From NCBI GenBank assembly GCA_965226055.1, contig CBDDCA010000006.1, forward strand, positions 576,001 to 640,000: 64,000 nt of DNA, in the 5' to 3' direction. The stretch is from Spirochaetia bacterium (GTDB lineage: Bacteria > Spirochaetota > Spirochaetia > WTKD01 > G963693115). Within the stretch, counting starts at the first letter, position 1, and every line of letters begins with the position of its first letter. Positions 43,831 to 54,600 of the stretch are shown piece after piece. Under the pieces are notes generated by a model. That model was given only the letters and a program-made list of their open reading frames with translations, was not told where the DNA came from and made no database searches. Position numbers and translations under genes: made by a program.

Positions 43831-44664
43831 ATGCATCACTCATATGTCACACACCCAATTACTATAGTAACTGCGTATTACAGGCTAAAAACAAAAAAGC
43901 ACACACACAACGAATACAAAAAATACATGAAATATTTTCTCTCAAACATCTCTGTTCCACTTATTATATTTACAGAAAAAAAATGCCTCAATGATATTAT
44001 ATCTATGAGAAAAAATTTTATGCATATTACCATTATTATTGTAAAAGACTTTACTCTCTTAAATGAATATTCACGATATGAAATGTGGAAACAAGAGCGT
44101 AGTAAAGATCCAGAAAAAAAAATACATACTCCTGCTCTTTATATTATTTGGAACGAAAAGCTACACTTTATAAAAGAAGCACATACACTTAATCCCTTTC
44201 AATCAGAATGCTTTATATGGATGGATATAGGGGCATTTCGTAATGAACACAAAAATCAAGATCTCACTCTATCAGAAATACGTCAGTGGCCATCACTACA
44301 AAGAATACATACACTGCCGAAAAACAAGATGATAATAACAAAAACAGAGCCTGCATTTGATATTTCCCACTATGCTGCCAGTAAAAACAATCTTGCAACA
44401 TTACAATTAAAAACCCATAATCATGTAGGGGCTATATTTATCATTCCTGCATCAATTATTCCTACAATCCATACTATATATTACCAGCTTGTCAACGAAC
44501 GACAAAAACATGGGCTATTTGTTGGAAAAGAACAAAATACATATGCGTGTATGTCCATTGGTTACCCTCAATATATACATCTGTTGCATCCACCAAAAGA
44601 TATATTTCCTTGGTATTATATGCACCATTACCTAAGCGATACACGTGATATAGCAGACAGATAG
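43831..44664 (+). CDS. HtrL/YibB-like protein (putative glycan-related enzyme)
   Basis: TIVTAYY, IWNEK..F..NPF.S..FIWMDIG pattern. Confidence 0.65.
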   Translation: MHHSYVTHPITIVTAYYRLKTKKHTHNEYKKYMKYFLSNISVPLIIFTEKKCLNDIISMRKNFMHITIIIVKDFTLLNEYSRYEMWKQERSKDPEKKIHTPALYIIWNEKLHFIKEAHTLNPFQSECFIWMDIGAFRNEHKNQDLTLSEIRQWPSLQRIHTLPKNKMIITKTEPAFDISHYAASKNNLATLQLKTHNHVGAIFIIPASIIPTIHTIYYQLVNERQKHGLFVGKEQNTYACMSIGYPQYIHLLHPPKDIFPWYYMHHYLSDTRDIADR

Positions 44665-44739
44665 GAATTGAAATTTCAATTAAATAGCTCTATAAAAAAA
44701 TAAGTAACATGTTATTATAAATATAGTGGGATATTAGAA

Positions 44740-45768
44740 ATGAAAATTGAAGCTATTGACTTATTTTGTGGTATTGGAGGACTCTCATATGGTTTAAAAA
44801 AGGCAGGAATAGATATAATTGCTGGTCTTGATAACGATGAATCTTGTAAAAAAGCCTATGAAAAAAATAATAAAGCTCAATTTATACATGCTGATATAGC
44901 AGATTATAATCCAAAAAAACTAAAAGCTCTTTATTCAAAACATAGTACCCAAGTACTAGTTGGGTGTGCACCTTGTCAACCATTTTCTACAATGACAAAA
45001 AAACAAAAAAAAGATAATAGATGGAATTTAGTAAAATATTTTACAGAAGCAGTCAAGTGCATAAAACCCCATGTAGTATCTATGGAAAATGTAGTTGGCT
45101 TTACCAAGACTGATGTCTTTGCCACTTTTATCAAAGCATTAGAAGAACAAGGATATCTCATCCGCTATAAAATCGTATTTTGTCCTAACTTTGGTATATC
45201 ACAAAAAAGGAAAAGGTTGGTATTACTTGCTTCGAAACTAAACCCTATTTCTCTCCCTAACCCAACACATGATAAAAATAACTATATCACTCTAAAGGAT
45301 GTAATAAAAAAACTTCCTGCTCTTAATCCAGGTGAAACTCATGCAAAAGATACACTGCACCATGCTTCCTCACTATCAGAAATAAACATAAAAAGATTAC
45401 AGCAATCTAGTCCTAATGGAACATGGGATGATTGGGATACCGCATTACTACCTCAATGCTATAAAAATGTAACTAATAAAAATTTTTATAAAAATGTATA
45501 TGGAAGAATGAGCTGGGATGATATGGCCCCCACCCTTACTACACAATTTATAAGATTAAGTTCAGGTCGTTTTGGTCATCCTGAACAAAATAGAGCCTTA
45601 TCTTTAAGAGAGGGTGCACTTATACAAACATTTCCTAAAGATTACTATTTTGATACATCCATCTCCAACACATCTATAGCAAGGCATATTGGTAATGCTG
45701 TGCCTCCAAAACTAGGCGAAGCAATAGGCAAAGCAATAAAAAAACATCTAAGAGGAATGCATGAGTAA
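44740..45768 (+). CDS. C5-cytosine DNA methyltransferase
   Basis: DLFCGIGG, GCAPCQPFS, MENV, QKRKR, IGNAVPP. Confidence 0.95.
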   Translation: MKIEAIDLFCGIGGLSYGLKKAGIDIIAGLDNDESCKKAYEKNNKAQFIHADIADYNPKKLKALYSKHSTQVLVGCAPCQPFSTMTKKQKKDNRWNLVKYFTEAVKCIKPHVVSMENVVGFTKTDVFATFIKALEEQGYLIRYKIVFCPNFGISQKRKRLVLLASKLNPISLPNPTHDKNNYITLKDVIKKLPALNPGETHAKDTLHHASSLSEINIKRLQQSSPNGTWDDWDTALLPQCYKNVTNKNFYKNVYGRMSWDDMAPTLTTQFIRLSSGRFGHPEQNRALSLREGALIQTFPKDYYFDTSISNTSIARHIGNAVPPKLGEAIGKAIKKHLRGMHE

Positions 45769-47716
45769 AGAAAAATATACTTTAGAAGTATCGTTATATA
45801 CTATTGAACATTTAGGTATTAACCTATATAGCTCCACTCCTGCCGTATTATCAGAAGTAATAGCAAATGCCTATGATGCAGATGCTACTACAGTCAATAT
45901 TCTAAAAGAATCAAATACCATTACTATCACAGATAATGGCATTGGTATGAATGATACCGATATTAATGAGAAATACCTTACAGTAGGGTATAAGAGACGA
46001 GAAATAGAAGATACTGCAACTAGCCCTAAAGGAAGAAAGGTAATGGGAAGAAAAGGAGTAGGAAAACTATCGCTCTTTGCAATAGCACATACTATAACAA
46101 TTATTACAAAAAAAACAAAAGAGAAACCTTTAGGATTTGTACTAAAATTAGAGGATATACAAAAATGTGCAAAAAATAAAGCATCATACCACCCAAAAGA
46201 ATTATCTATTGATGAAATAAGCAGTTACTTAGACAACATTAAAGATAGTGGTACTATTATTATACTCAATAATCTGCAAAAAAAGAGAACTATAGACAAA
46301 CAAATAAAACAATCTATAGCAAGGAGATTTGCATGTATAGAAGAGGATTTTGCTATTACATACAATAAGGAAGACATTACTTATGAAGACAGAAATTACT
46401 TTAAGGAATTAGAATTTTATTGGATCATAAATGAACAAGAGATACCTAAAGGCATTAGACAACAAATTCCTCAAAAAACATTCAACAGCACAGATGAAAA
46501 AATTCATTGGTCAGGATGGATAGGCTCTTTTAAAAAACATAATAGAGATGATAATAAAATAGCGTTAATAGTACGTAAAAAAATAGCAATAGAAAATATA
46601 CTAGATTTCCTTGATATAAATTATATAGGAGCAGACTACTTAATAGGTGAAATATATGCTGATTATCTTGACGATGATGTTGATTATGATAGAGCAACCA
46701 CTAGCAGACAAGGAATTATCGAAGATGATGAAAATTTTAAGGAAATAAAAGAGCAATTAAAAAAAATTGTGACTAATATTACAACAGAATGGGTATCTCA
46801 AAGAAGAAAAAAGGGAGCAGAAAATATATTCTCTTTATTACCTCCAGTAAAAGAATGGCATGAAAATCTTAAAAGCAAAGATCAAACATATGCAAAAAAG
46901 CTGCTAGGAATAATTCATACTTTTAGAATAAACGATGAAGAAAAAAAAGATTTGGTAAAATCAGTAGTATTAGCTGTTGAAAAAAATAAAATTTTAAATA
47001 TTTTAGATAATGTATGGGATAATTTTGATACTCTTACACCAGAAAAAATACAGGCTATAGGTGGCATGTTCACTCAACACAACGAATGGGAAGCTGCAAC
47101 ATACTATGAAATTACACAAGAAAGATTAAAAATAATAGATAAACTAAAAGACATAACAAATGATAATGAACTAGAAAAAGTAATACAAACCCTTATATTT
47201 GAAAATTTATGGTTATTAGATCCAGGATGGGAAAGACCTACCGAAAACGAAGAAATGGAACAAGCATTAGAAAAAAATGAAAGTTTTTTATTAACAGACG
47301 AAGAAATGAAAGGGCGTATAGATATTAAATATAAAGTATCTGGAGCAGAACATGTAATCGTAGAATTAAAAAGACCAAATATATCATATAATCATTATGA
47401 AATATTAAAGCAAATTGATAAATATCGTCATAATATAAAAGAACAGTTACATATTCGCAAAAAAGACAATGAATCCATTAAAACAGTGGTATTAATTGGC
47501 GATAAAGCATACAGCAAACATACAGAAAAGAAAGAATATATAAAAGATATGAAGGAAAGAAAAACAATAGTCCAATCATATTCATTTATTATCAACAACT
47601 CAAGGGAAAGATACAAAGAATATCTCAACAGCAAAAAATATAAAGTAACGCCTATTATAGAACTTATAGAAAAAATAGAAAGCTGTGATATATCACCAAA
47701 AGCATCCAAAAAATAA
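45761..47716 (+). CDS. GHKL-ATPase plus C-terminal PD-(D/E)xK nuclease; probable cognate restriction enzyme (HgiDII/BbrUII-like)
   Basis: EVIANAYDA, DNGIGM, GRKGVGKL; C-terminal RIDI..VIVELKRP; overlaps the methyltransferase stop. Confidence 0.85.
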   Translation: MSKEKYTLEVSLYTIEHLGINLYSSTPAVLSEVIANAYDADATTVNILKESNTITITDNGIGMNDTDINEKYLTVGYKRREIEDTATSPKGRKVMGRKGVGKLSLFAIAHTITIITKKTKEKPLGFVLKLEDIQKCAKNKASYHPKELSIDEISSYLDNIKDSGTIIILNNLQKKRTIDKQIKQSIARRFACIEEDFAITYNKEDITYEDRNYFKELEFYWIINEQEIPKGIRQQIPQKTFNSTDEKIHWSGWIGSFKKHNRDDNKIALIVRKKIAIENILDFLDINYIGADYLIGEIYADYLDDDVDYDRATTSRQGIIEDDENFKEIKEQLKKIVTNITTEWVSQRRKKGAENIFSLLPPVKEWHENLKSKDQTYAKKLLGIIHTFRINDEEKKDLVKSVVLAVEKNKILNILDNVWDNFDTLTPEKIQAIGGMFTQHNEWEAATYYEITQERLKIIDKLKDITNDNELEKVIQTLIFENLWLLDPGWERPTENEEMEQALEKNESFLLTDEEMKGRIDIKYKVSGAEHVIVELKRPNISYNHYEILKQIDKYRHNIKEQLHIRKKDNESIKTVVLIGDKAYSKHTEKKEYIKDMKERKTIVQSYSFIINNSRERYKEYLNSKKYKVTPIIELIEKIESCDISPKASKK

Positions 47717-47773
47717 AAACTAAACTGTAGATTCATAAAACATCCATCTCTATTTTTTAGTATACTGATAGAT

Positions 47774-48745
47774 ATGAAAAGTGCTATAGCAGTTATTGGA
47801 TACCAACGAATAGATCATCTTGCTGAAACACTTCGCTGTTTATCATATAACTACGATGTACAAAAATGTCCTCTCTATATTTTCATAGATGGACCAAAAG
47901 ATACCGCTAAAACATCTCAAGCATATAAAACACATAAAGCTATTTGCTCTTTTGCTCGATCTTTTCAGTGGGGTACAAAAAAAAACATCATAGCATCCGA
48001 TTTTAACAGAGGACTTCGTAAAGCAGTGTGTTATTCTATAGACACTGTTCTAAGCGATTATCAATCTGTTATAATAGTTGAAGATGATATTGTATGCTCC
48101 CCCTACTTTTATCGATATATGAAGCATATGCTCACACAATACCATGACGATAATAGACTAGGGGCTGTGTGTGGACATTGTTATCATTACAACAGAAACG
48201 AATTTAACCCTCACGAACCTTATTTTCTAAACCATTTTGCCTGTTGGGGATGGGGAACATGGCGCAGAGCATGGGAACAAACAGAGTGGAGTACTGATGT
48301 ACTTGTAAACAATATTAAACATATTCAGGTGAGAAAAAAACTTGATATTGGACTAGGGGCTGCAGTATCAGGGCATCTCTATGCTCAACATCATGGCTAC
48401 ACAGATTCTTGGGATGCTATTTTTGGAGTCAATCTTTTCTTACATAATCAACTATGTGTATACCCCACACAATCTCTCACTACTAATATTGGATGGCGAG
48501 GAGAAGGAAGCACCCATGTATCTATGGAATATGATCCCAACGCACCTATGGCATTTTATGAAATACCTATACCAAAACATCTTGAAGTACAAGAAAGCCA
48601 ACATGCAAGAAAAGCATATGCAAATTATTTTTATCCAAATAAGCTAAAAATGTATGCTGGATTCTTAAAACGAACACTAGAATATTATGCACGAAAAATA
48701 TTGAATCGCCCCGTAAAACCAGGAAAATACAAACAAGCAATATAA
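47774..48745 (+). CDS. GT-A fold glycosyltransferase
   Basis: LYIFIDGPK, NRGL, VIIVEDD, CWGWGTWRRAW, NIG. Confidence 0.85.
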   Translation: MKSAIAVIGYQRIDHLAETLRCLSYNYDVQKCPLYIFIDGPKDTAKTSQAYKTHKAICSFARSFQWGTKKNIIASDFNRGLRKAVCYSIDTVLSDYQSVIIVEDDIVCSPYFYRYMKHMLTQYHDDNRLGAVCGHCYHYNRNEFNPHEPYFLNHFACWGWGTWRRAWEQTEWSTDVLVNNIKHIQVRKKLDIGLGAAVSGHLYAQHHGYTDSWDAIFGVNLFLHNQLCVYPTQSLTTNIGWRGEGSTHVSMEYDPNAPMAFYEIPIPKHLEVQESQHARKAYANYFYPNKLKMYAGFLKRTLEYYARKILNRPVKPGKYKQAI

Positions 48746-48776
48746 TGACACTCTCACCAATGCCGCTACTACACAA

Positions 48777-50297
48777 TCACTTTCCAACACAGAAATGAGA
48801 AAAAACAGTATCTAGTACATCTTCACTTGTTACTTCCCCTGTGATACTTCCTAATGCTTTCATTGCCATATCCAAATCTAAACTTATCATATCCAATGGT
48901 ATATTATCCTTAAGTCCCGATAGTACTTGCTGTAAAGACTCTTTACTTTCCTCTAATGCTATCTTTTGACGCAAAGAAGAAAGAGGTGGTACATCATTTT
49001 GAGGAAGTACTACACCAGAGGTAAAGCTCTTATAAAGAGCTTTTTGCACTCCCGAAATAGTATTGTATTGCTTTGTGCTTACAGACACAATATCAGCATA
49101 TACCTTACTATGCTGTAAAATATGTAAAGGCACTGAGGTAATTGCATGTGCATCTTTATCATGTGGACATATATCAATTTTATTTTTGACAAGAATCAAT
49201 ATTGCTTCTGGTTGAGACAAATCAACCATAGCAGCGTTTACACTGTATCCTAAATGCTCCAATAATTCTGTATCATATGCAGTCCACCCTTCATTACCAT
49301 CATATACATACACAATAACATGTGCATGCATTAAAAGCTCTTTACTTCGCCGTATTCCCTCTTGCTCTACTGTAACTTCAGAAGATACAGTATCATGATT
49401 CATATCACACATCACAATTTCTCTTATCCCAGCTGTATCGTATAATGTAAGAAACATATCGTTTAGCATAAGCTCATGCTCTAAAAAATCTCTTGTTGTT
49501 CCATGCACATCACTGACAATGGCTCTCTCTTGCTTTAGTAAAGCATTAAAGAGAGAGCTTTTACCAGCATTTGTTCTTCCTGCTAACACCACACGAAAAT
49601 TTATTTTCTTTAGCTGTGCAAAATCATATCCTTGCAGCACCTCATCAATCATAGTGATAGCTTGTACTATATCTTCTGTATTTATATCAACAGATTCTTG
49701 TACTTCATCTTCAGGGTAATCAAGGGTTACACTACAAGTAGCAACAAGATGTAACAATTTTTTCTTAATGGTATCAATATAAGAAAAAATTGATCCTCCT
49801 AGCTTTTCTAAGGCTTCAATATGATTACTTTCATTTTGTGCTTGTATAACTTCATGTATTGCCTCAGCCTGAGTAAGATCTAATTTTCCGTTCAAAAAAG
49901 CTCTCTTTGTAAATTCTCCTGGCGAAGCTTGCTCAAACCCCTGTTTATGAAGGGCATGACATAGACGTTGAATGCCAGCAAGACTCCCATGAATACAAAT
50001 ATCAGCCCCCTCTTGCCCTGTGTACGAACGAGGAGCATAATACGGGGTTATCATAGCAGTATCAAGCGGTATATATTCTATGCTTCCATCAATATGTACT
50101 TTTGTATCCACTAATTCATAAGGAGCACTCATATTTGCCTTTGAAGACAAAAGGCACGCTGCATTTTTACACAATTTCGATAATAACTGTATACTATGGA
50201 CGCCTGTCACTCGAATTATTGCAAGAGCACTTGTAGCATAAGGGCTTGCTAAGGCATATACTGGGTATTCTGATACAATATCATCACTGCTATTCAT
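48777..50297 (-). CDS. mnmE: tRNA modification GTPase MnmE
   Basis: GEFTKRAFLNGKLDL, GRTNAGKSS, GTTRD, DTAGIR, FCVGK. Confidence 0.96.
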   Translation of the reverse strand: MNSSDDIVSEYPVYALASPYATSALAIIRVTGVHSIQLLSKLCKNAACLLSSKANMSAPYELVDTKVHIDGSIEYIPLDTAMITPYYAPRSYTGQEGADICIHGSLAGIQRLCHALHKQGFEQASPGEFTKRAFLNGKLDLTQAEAIHEVIQAQNESNHIEALEKLGGSIFSYIDTIKKKLLHLVATCSVTLDYPEDEVQESVDINTEDIVQAITMIDEVLQGYDFAQLKKINFRVVLAGRTNAGKSSLFNALLKQERAIVSDVHGTTRDFLEHELMLNDMFLTLYDTAGIREIVMCDMNHDTVSSEVTVEQEGIRRSKELLMHAHVIVYVYDGNEGWTAYDTELLEHLGYSVNAAMVDLSQPEAILILVKNKIDICPHDKDAHAITSVPLHILQHSKVYADIVSVSTKQYNTISGVQKALYKSFTSGVVLPQNDVPPLSSLRQKIALEESKESLQQVLSGLKDNIPLDMISLDLDMAMKALGSITGEVTSEDVLDTVFSHFCVGK

Positions 50298-50339
50298 TAT
50301 TGTAGTGGTATATTGGCATGGAGTATATTGCTACTACAC

Positions 50340-51542
50340 TCATATATTATTTATATCCATTCCTTGAATATCACTATCTTCAGGAAGAGTATTTTGAGAA
50401 ACTCCCATATCCTGTATTCTACGCAGTTGAGGTAGTACCCTCCGTTGAAAAGAAGAAGTCGCATTATTATAACTTGCAACCGTATTTTTTAGCTGATTCC
50501 CAATTTTTGTATAGTGATCAAAAAATACAGAAAATCTTTGAAATAACTCTTGGCTCGCTTGAGATATTTCTTGAGCATTTTTCGTAAGTTCAATCTGCAT
50601 CCACCCATAAGAGATAACCTTCAATAGTGCATATAATGACGATGGACCAACAACTATCACCTTATGCTGTAAGGCCTTATCCAATAAATCAGGGTATAAA
50701 GAAAAAGAAGCCTCTAGCCCTGATTCATAAGGGACAAACATGATCACTAATTGCGGTGTATGAGGAAACTGTCCCCAGTACTCTTTTTTACTTAAATCAA
50801 TAATATGTTTTTGTAATGATTTTTTATGTTTATCAAGTGCCAGCTTCTTCTCTTCTTCTGTCTTTGCTTGACATGCATCAAGATATGCACTCATAGGAGT
50901 TTTTGCATCCACAGGAATAATACCTTCTTTCGGTAATTTTATAATCATATCAGGGCGAACACCATCACTTGTGTGTGCCTGCTCGGCAAAATCTATATAT
51001 TCTACCATACCAGATATTTCAGCAATTCTACGTAACTGTAATTCTCCCCAGCTCCCTCGTGTTTTTATATCAGAGCGTAACGCTTGATTCAAAGCAAGAG
51101 TGCTATTTGATAAAAATTTATTTGTATCTTGTAAATGCACAATATCTTTACTTAAATTCTGTATAACCACATCTAAAGACTTAAAAGCTCCCTCTCGCTG
51201 TTTTTCAATGCTTGCAATACTTGCATCTAAACGTTGCATATCTTTTAATAATGGAGAAACAATGCCCGATAACTGTTCTTTTGTTTGTGATAGATACATC
51301 TGAGAATTATTTTGCATTGCACGAACAGAAATATTTTCTATAATATTTTTAAGTCGCTCCTCATTCTGCTGTTCTTGCTGCCTTATTTGTTGTAAGGCCT
51401 GTAACTGTGCATCAAGGTTGATAACATGCTGTTTTTCATTCGTAAGGCGTTTAGAGTACCATGTCATAGTTATAAGCCATACAAAAAAAGCTGTTATCCC
51501 TATTGTTCCTACAATAACAAAAATAAATAAAGAACTTTCCAT
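50340..51542 (-). CDS. rmuC: DNA recombination protein RmuC
   Basis: N-terminal TM and coiled coil; RGSWGE, RPDMII, VDAKTP, MFVPYE. Confidence 0.93.
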   Translation of the reverse strand: MESSLFIFVIVGTIGITAFFVWLITMTWYSKRLTNEKQHVINLDAQLQALQQIRQQEQQNEERLKNIIENISVRAMQNNSQMYLSQTKEQLSGIVSPLLKDMQRLDASIASIEKQREGAFKSLDVVIQNLSKDIVHLQDTNKFLSNSTLALNQALRSDIKTRGSWGELQLRRIAEISGMVEYIDFAEQAHTSDGVRPDMIIKLPKEGIIPVDAKTPMSAYLDACQAKTEEEKKLALDKHKKSLQKHIIDLSKKEYWGQFPHTPQLVIMFVPYESGLEASFSLYPDLLDKALQHKVIVVGPSSLYALLKVISYGWMQIELTKNAQEISQASQELFQRFSVFFDHYTKIGNQLKNTVASYNNATSSFQRRVLPQLRRIQDMGVSQNTLPEDSDIQGMDINNI

Positions 51543-51644
51543 ATATTATAGTATACTCATAGTAAGCCTTTAAAGTCAGAAAAAACAGAAATTATATACA
51601 GTTTTTACTCTCTGTAATAATGCTATGTATAGGAAACTATTTAC

Positions 51645-51678
51645 AAAAAAAGAGAGTATCTCCCTACTCTCTTTTTTT
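51645..51678. terminator. Bidirectional intrinsic terminator
   Basis: aaaaaaagagagta-tctccc-tactctcttttttt just past the lipoprotein stop. Confidence 0.75.
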
Positions 51679-51687
51679 ACGCTTTTT

Positions 51688-54600
51688 CTACGATGAAGGA
51701 CATGCTGTTTTATCAAATCTATCCTTTGGGTACCATGCTGTTTTGCTAAACATAGGCGAAGCAACAAAGTAAAAAGAATGTATTTGTGTCTTACAAGCTT
51801 TCCATGATGATAAATCTTGATAAAAAGCAGCAGCACCACCAAATATATTACCTATTTCAGTAACATTCCCTACATTCCAAGCACTGATATCTTGATTAAA
51901 AACACTTGCTAGAGCAAACATGCTTCTCATAACAGTAACATTACTTACATTCCAACTTCCTATGTTTTTATTAAACGCTTTTACTCCATAAAACATATTT
52001 TGCATATTAGTAACATTTCCTACATCCCAGTTTCCTATATCTTGATTAAATACACTTGCTTGCTCGAACATATATGCCATATTCCTTACCTTACTGGTAT
52101 TCCACTGTGTTATATCTCCATTAAAAGTACTATCTCCCTGAAATAACCTACTCATATCAGTAATTGCACTGGTATCTACCATGTTGAGATTGGGACTAGG
52201 GTTACTACTCTTCCCTCCTGTAGCTTGCCTTGTCTTTTCTTCGCTGATAATGGTTTGTAGTGCTGATTTTGTTGTTGGTCTGTAATAGGTAGCTGCTTTT
52301 CCTGATGGTGCTGCTCTTAGCTCTGTCTGTATCACGATGGTGGCTGGCACTTTTTTCTTTGAAGCGGTTATTGTACACTGCGCTACAGCATAGCTATACT
52401 CAGTAATAGCTGTGTCTCGTATATTGGACTTATTTGCTATGCCTGTTATAGTAACTGTTTTACTACTCTGATCAAACGATACTGCTAGCCCTGTCTCTTT
52501 TTTGATTTTCTCTGCATCTGCCTCCAGTATGTTTGCATCACAGGTAAAGGCAGAGTTACTAGTAAGTACTCTTGTAGTATTTGATGCTAGTGCTGTGCCT
52601 ACTTCTGCTGAGACTATGCTAGTGTTTCCTATAGCTATTCCTCTTGCTTCAAACTCGTGGCGTAGTCCAGTGGATGCTTTTGTGTCATCGGTGCTGTTTA
52701 CTGCTTGTACTACTATTTCGTAAGTTGTTCCGTTTGTCAATCCTGTCAGGGTAGTGTTTGTTGTTCCTGCTGCTACTGTTGTGGGGCTTGAGTCTGCTTG
52801 TTTTATTGCTGTTACGCTTCTTGCACTGCCACTTTTGGCTACTTTGTATACTTTGTACGATACTTGTGCTGTTGTTAGGGTAGCTCCTGTATTTGCTTTG
52901 TGGCTTGCATTGAGACTGGGAGCTGTCCACGATACTCTCATATCTGTTTGGGCTACTCTTGTTTGTATGCTTGATACTTCTGCGGGGGCTGTCGCCTGCG
53001 ATGCGGTTGTTACGCTTGCCACTGACGATACTACTTTCTTGCTAGGGTCTGTTTTTATTGCTACTTCTACCACAAAGTAATACTTTGTCGCTCCTTTTAT
53101 TGCTACTACTGGTGCTGTGTCTGATGACAAGCCTAAACTGGCAAGGGCTGGTACTGTGTACACTCCGCTACTTACACTGCCTAGGTTTATCTTTCTGCCT
53201 ACAAGTACTTCTGCTACTGTAGGGTTAGTGTCTTTCTGTAAGCCATACACTGTGTATACTAGCTTGTCATTTGCTATTATGTTTGTGCCATCGTAGTCTT
53301 TCGCTCCTGTAAATGTGCTTAACTCGGTAAGTACCAGCTTTATTGTTCCTGTAGTATTTGTTGACTGTGATACTACCAACTTTCCTGTGAGTAATGACTG
53401 ATTTGGTGCTACTGCTTTGGAAGTATACACTTCTTTTATTTCTGTTACATCGGTGTAAAAGCCTGCAGGAAAGAGCTTGTCGCTATTTGTTGCATCGTAA
53501 TTGGGAGATGTTGTGTTTACTATCCTCACTCCTATGTAGTAGTCCTTTGCTGTTTCTATGGGTGTTGCTCCTGCATTGCTTCCACTGGTACTATCTACTA
53601 TTGCTATGGATATGGTTGCTTGGTTTGCCACTCCTGTTGCCTTTACATACTTTGCTACTTTTACACTACTTTTTTCCACTGCCCATAAAGCCGATACGCT
53701 GGCAGGCTTTCCAGTAGTGTCTTCTTTCTTGAGGTATAGCACATAGTAGGCAAGGTCTGTTGCTGCAAGGGCATTGCCATTTGCTTTGCTCACTCCTGCT
53801 ATGTCTGAGGCATTTACTTGCACTGTTATTACTTTTTTCCCTCTGTTGCTTCCTGTTGTAGGCACTGCAAATACTACTGCATTACTGTTAGTGTAGGTGG
53901 TGCTTTTTGGGGCATTTGGTGGAGCAGTAAGCGTTGCTTTCTTTATTGTTACTGATGCTCCTATACTATAGGCGGGATTGAGGCTGTTTATCGCTTCTAC
54001 TCCTGCGGTATAGTCTGCTCCTTTCGTTCCTATAAATGTTGCTTTTAATGGAGTGCTATCTCCTGCTAGCTCCCGTGTTTGTACTCCTGCAAGGGCTTTT
54101 ATTTCGTCTAGTGTCTTTGTGCTATGGTCTCCTGCTACTATGTATACTTTGTACTGTATTTGTGCCTGTGTGAGTTTTGCTCCACTGGGTGCTTTGTTAG
54201 TATCAGTAATGTCTCCTGCACTAAATGTATAGACTGCTGTTGCGGTTGTTTGGGTTACTGACTCTACGGAGAGCTTTGCATCTTTGGGAGCGGGCGGTGC
54301 TGTCGAGGTGCTATCGTATACTGCTACTGCATCACTCAGTGCGGTTACTGGGCTTACTCTGTTATTTGCTATTTGCAGAAAATCAAAGCGATAATTCTTG
54401 GCATTTGCTTGGCTCTTGGGTACTTCTACGCCATCTGCTATCCCAAAGCTAATGGTGGTTGCTGTGTTTGTTATGCTTTTTTCTGCTACCAGTGTAGCTC
54501 CATCTTTCATACGCAGGGTGTAGTATCGCCCTATGCCAGGAGCATTCTTAAAAGTTGCTTTTATCTGTATAGCTCCTGTTGTGTCTAAGCTAGGCTTGCT

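Noticed and set aside
51688-52190. Periodic ~75-bp repeats as a CRISPR array or DGR variable region
   Set aside because: They are in-frame DUF285 coding repeats; no cas gene or reverse transcriptase is in the window.
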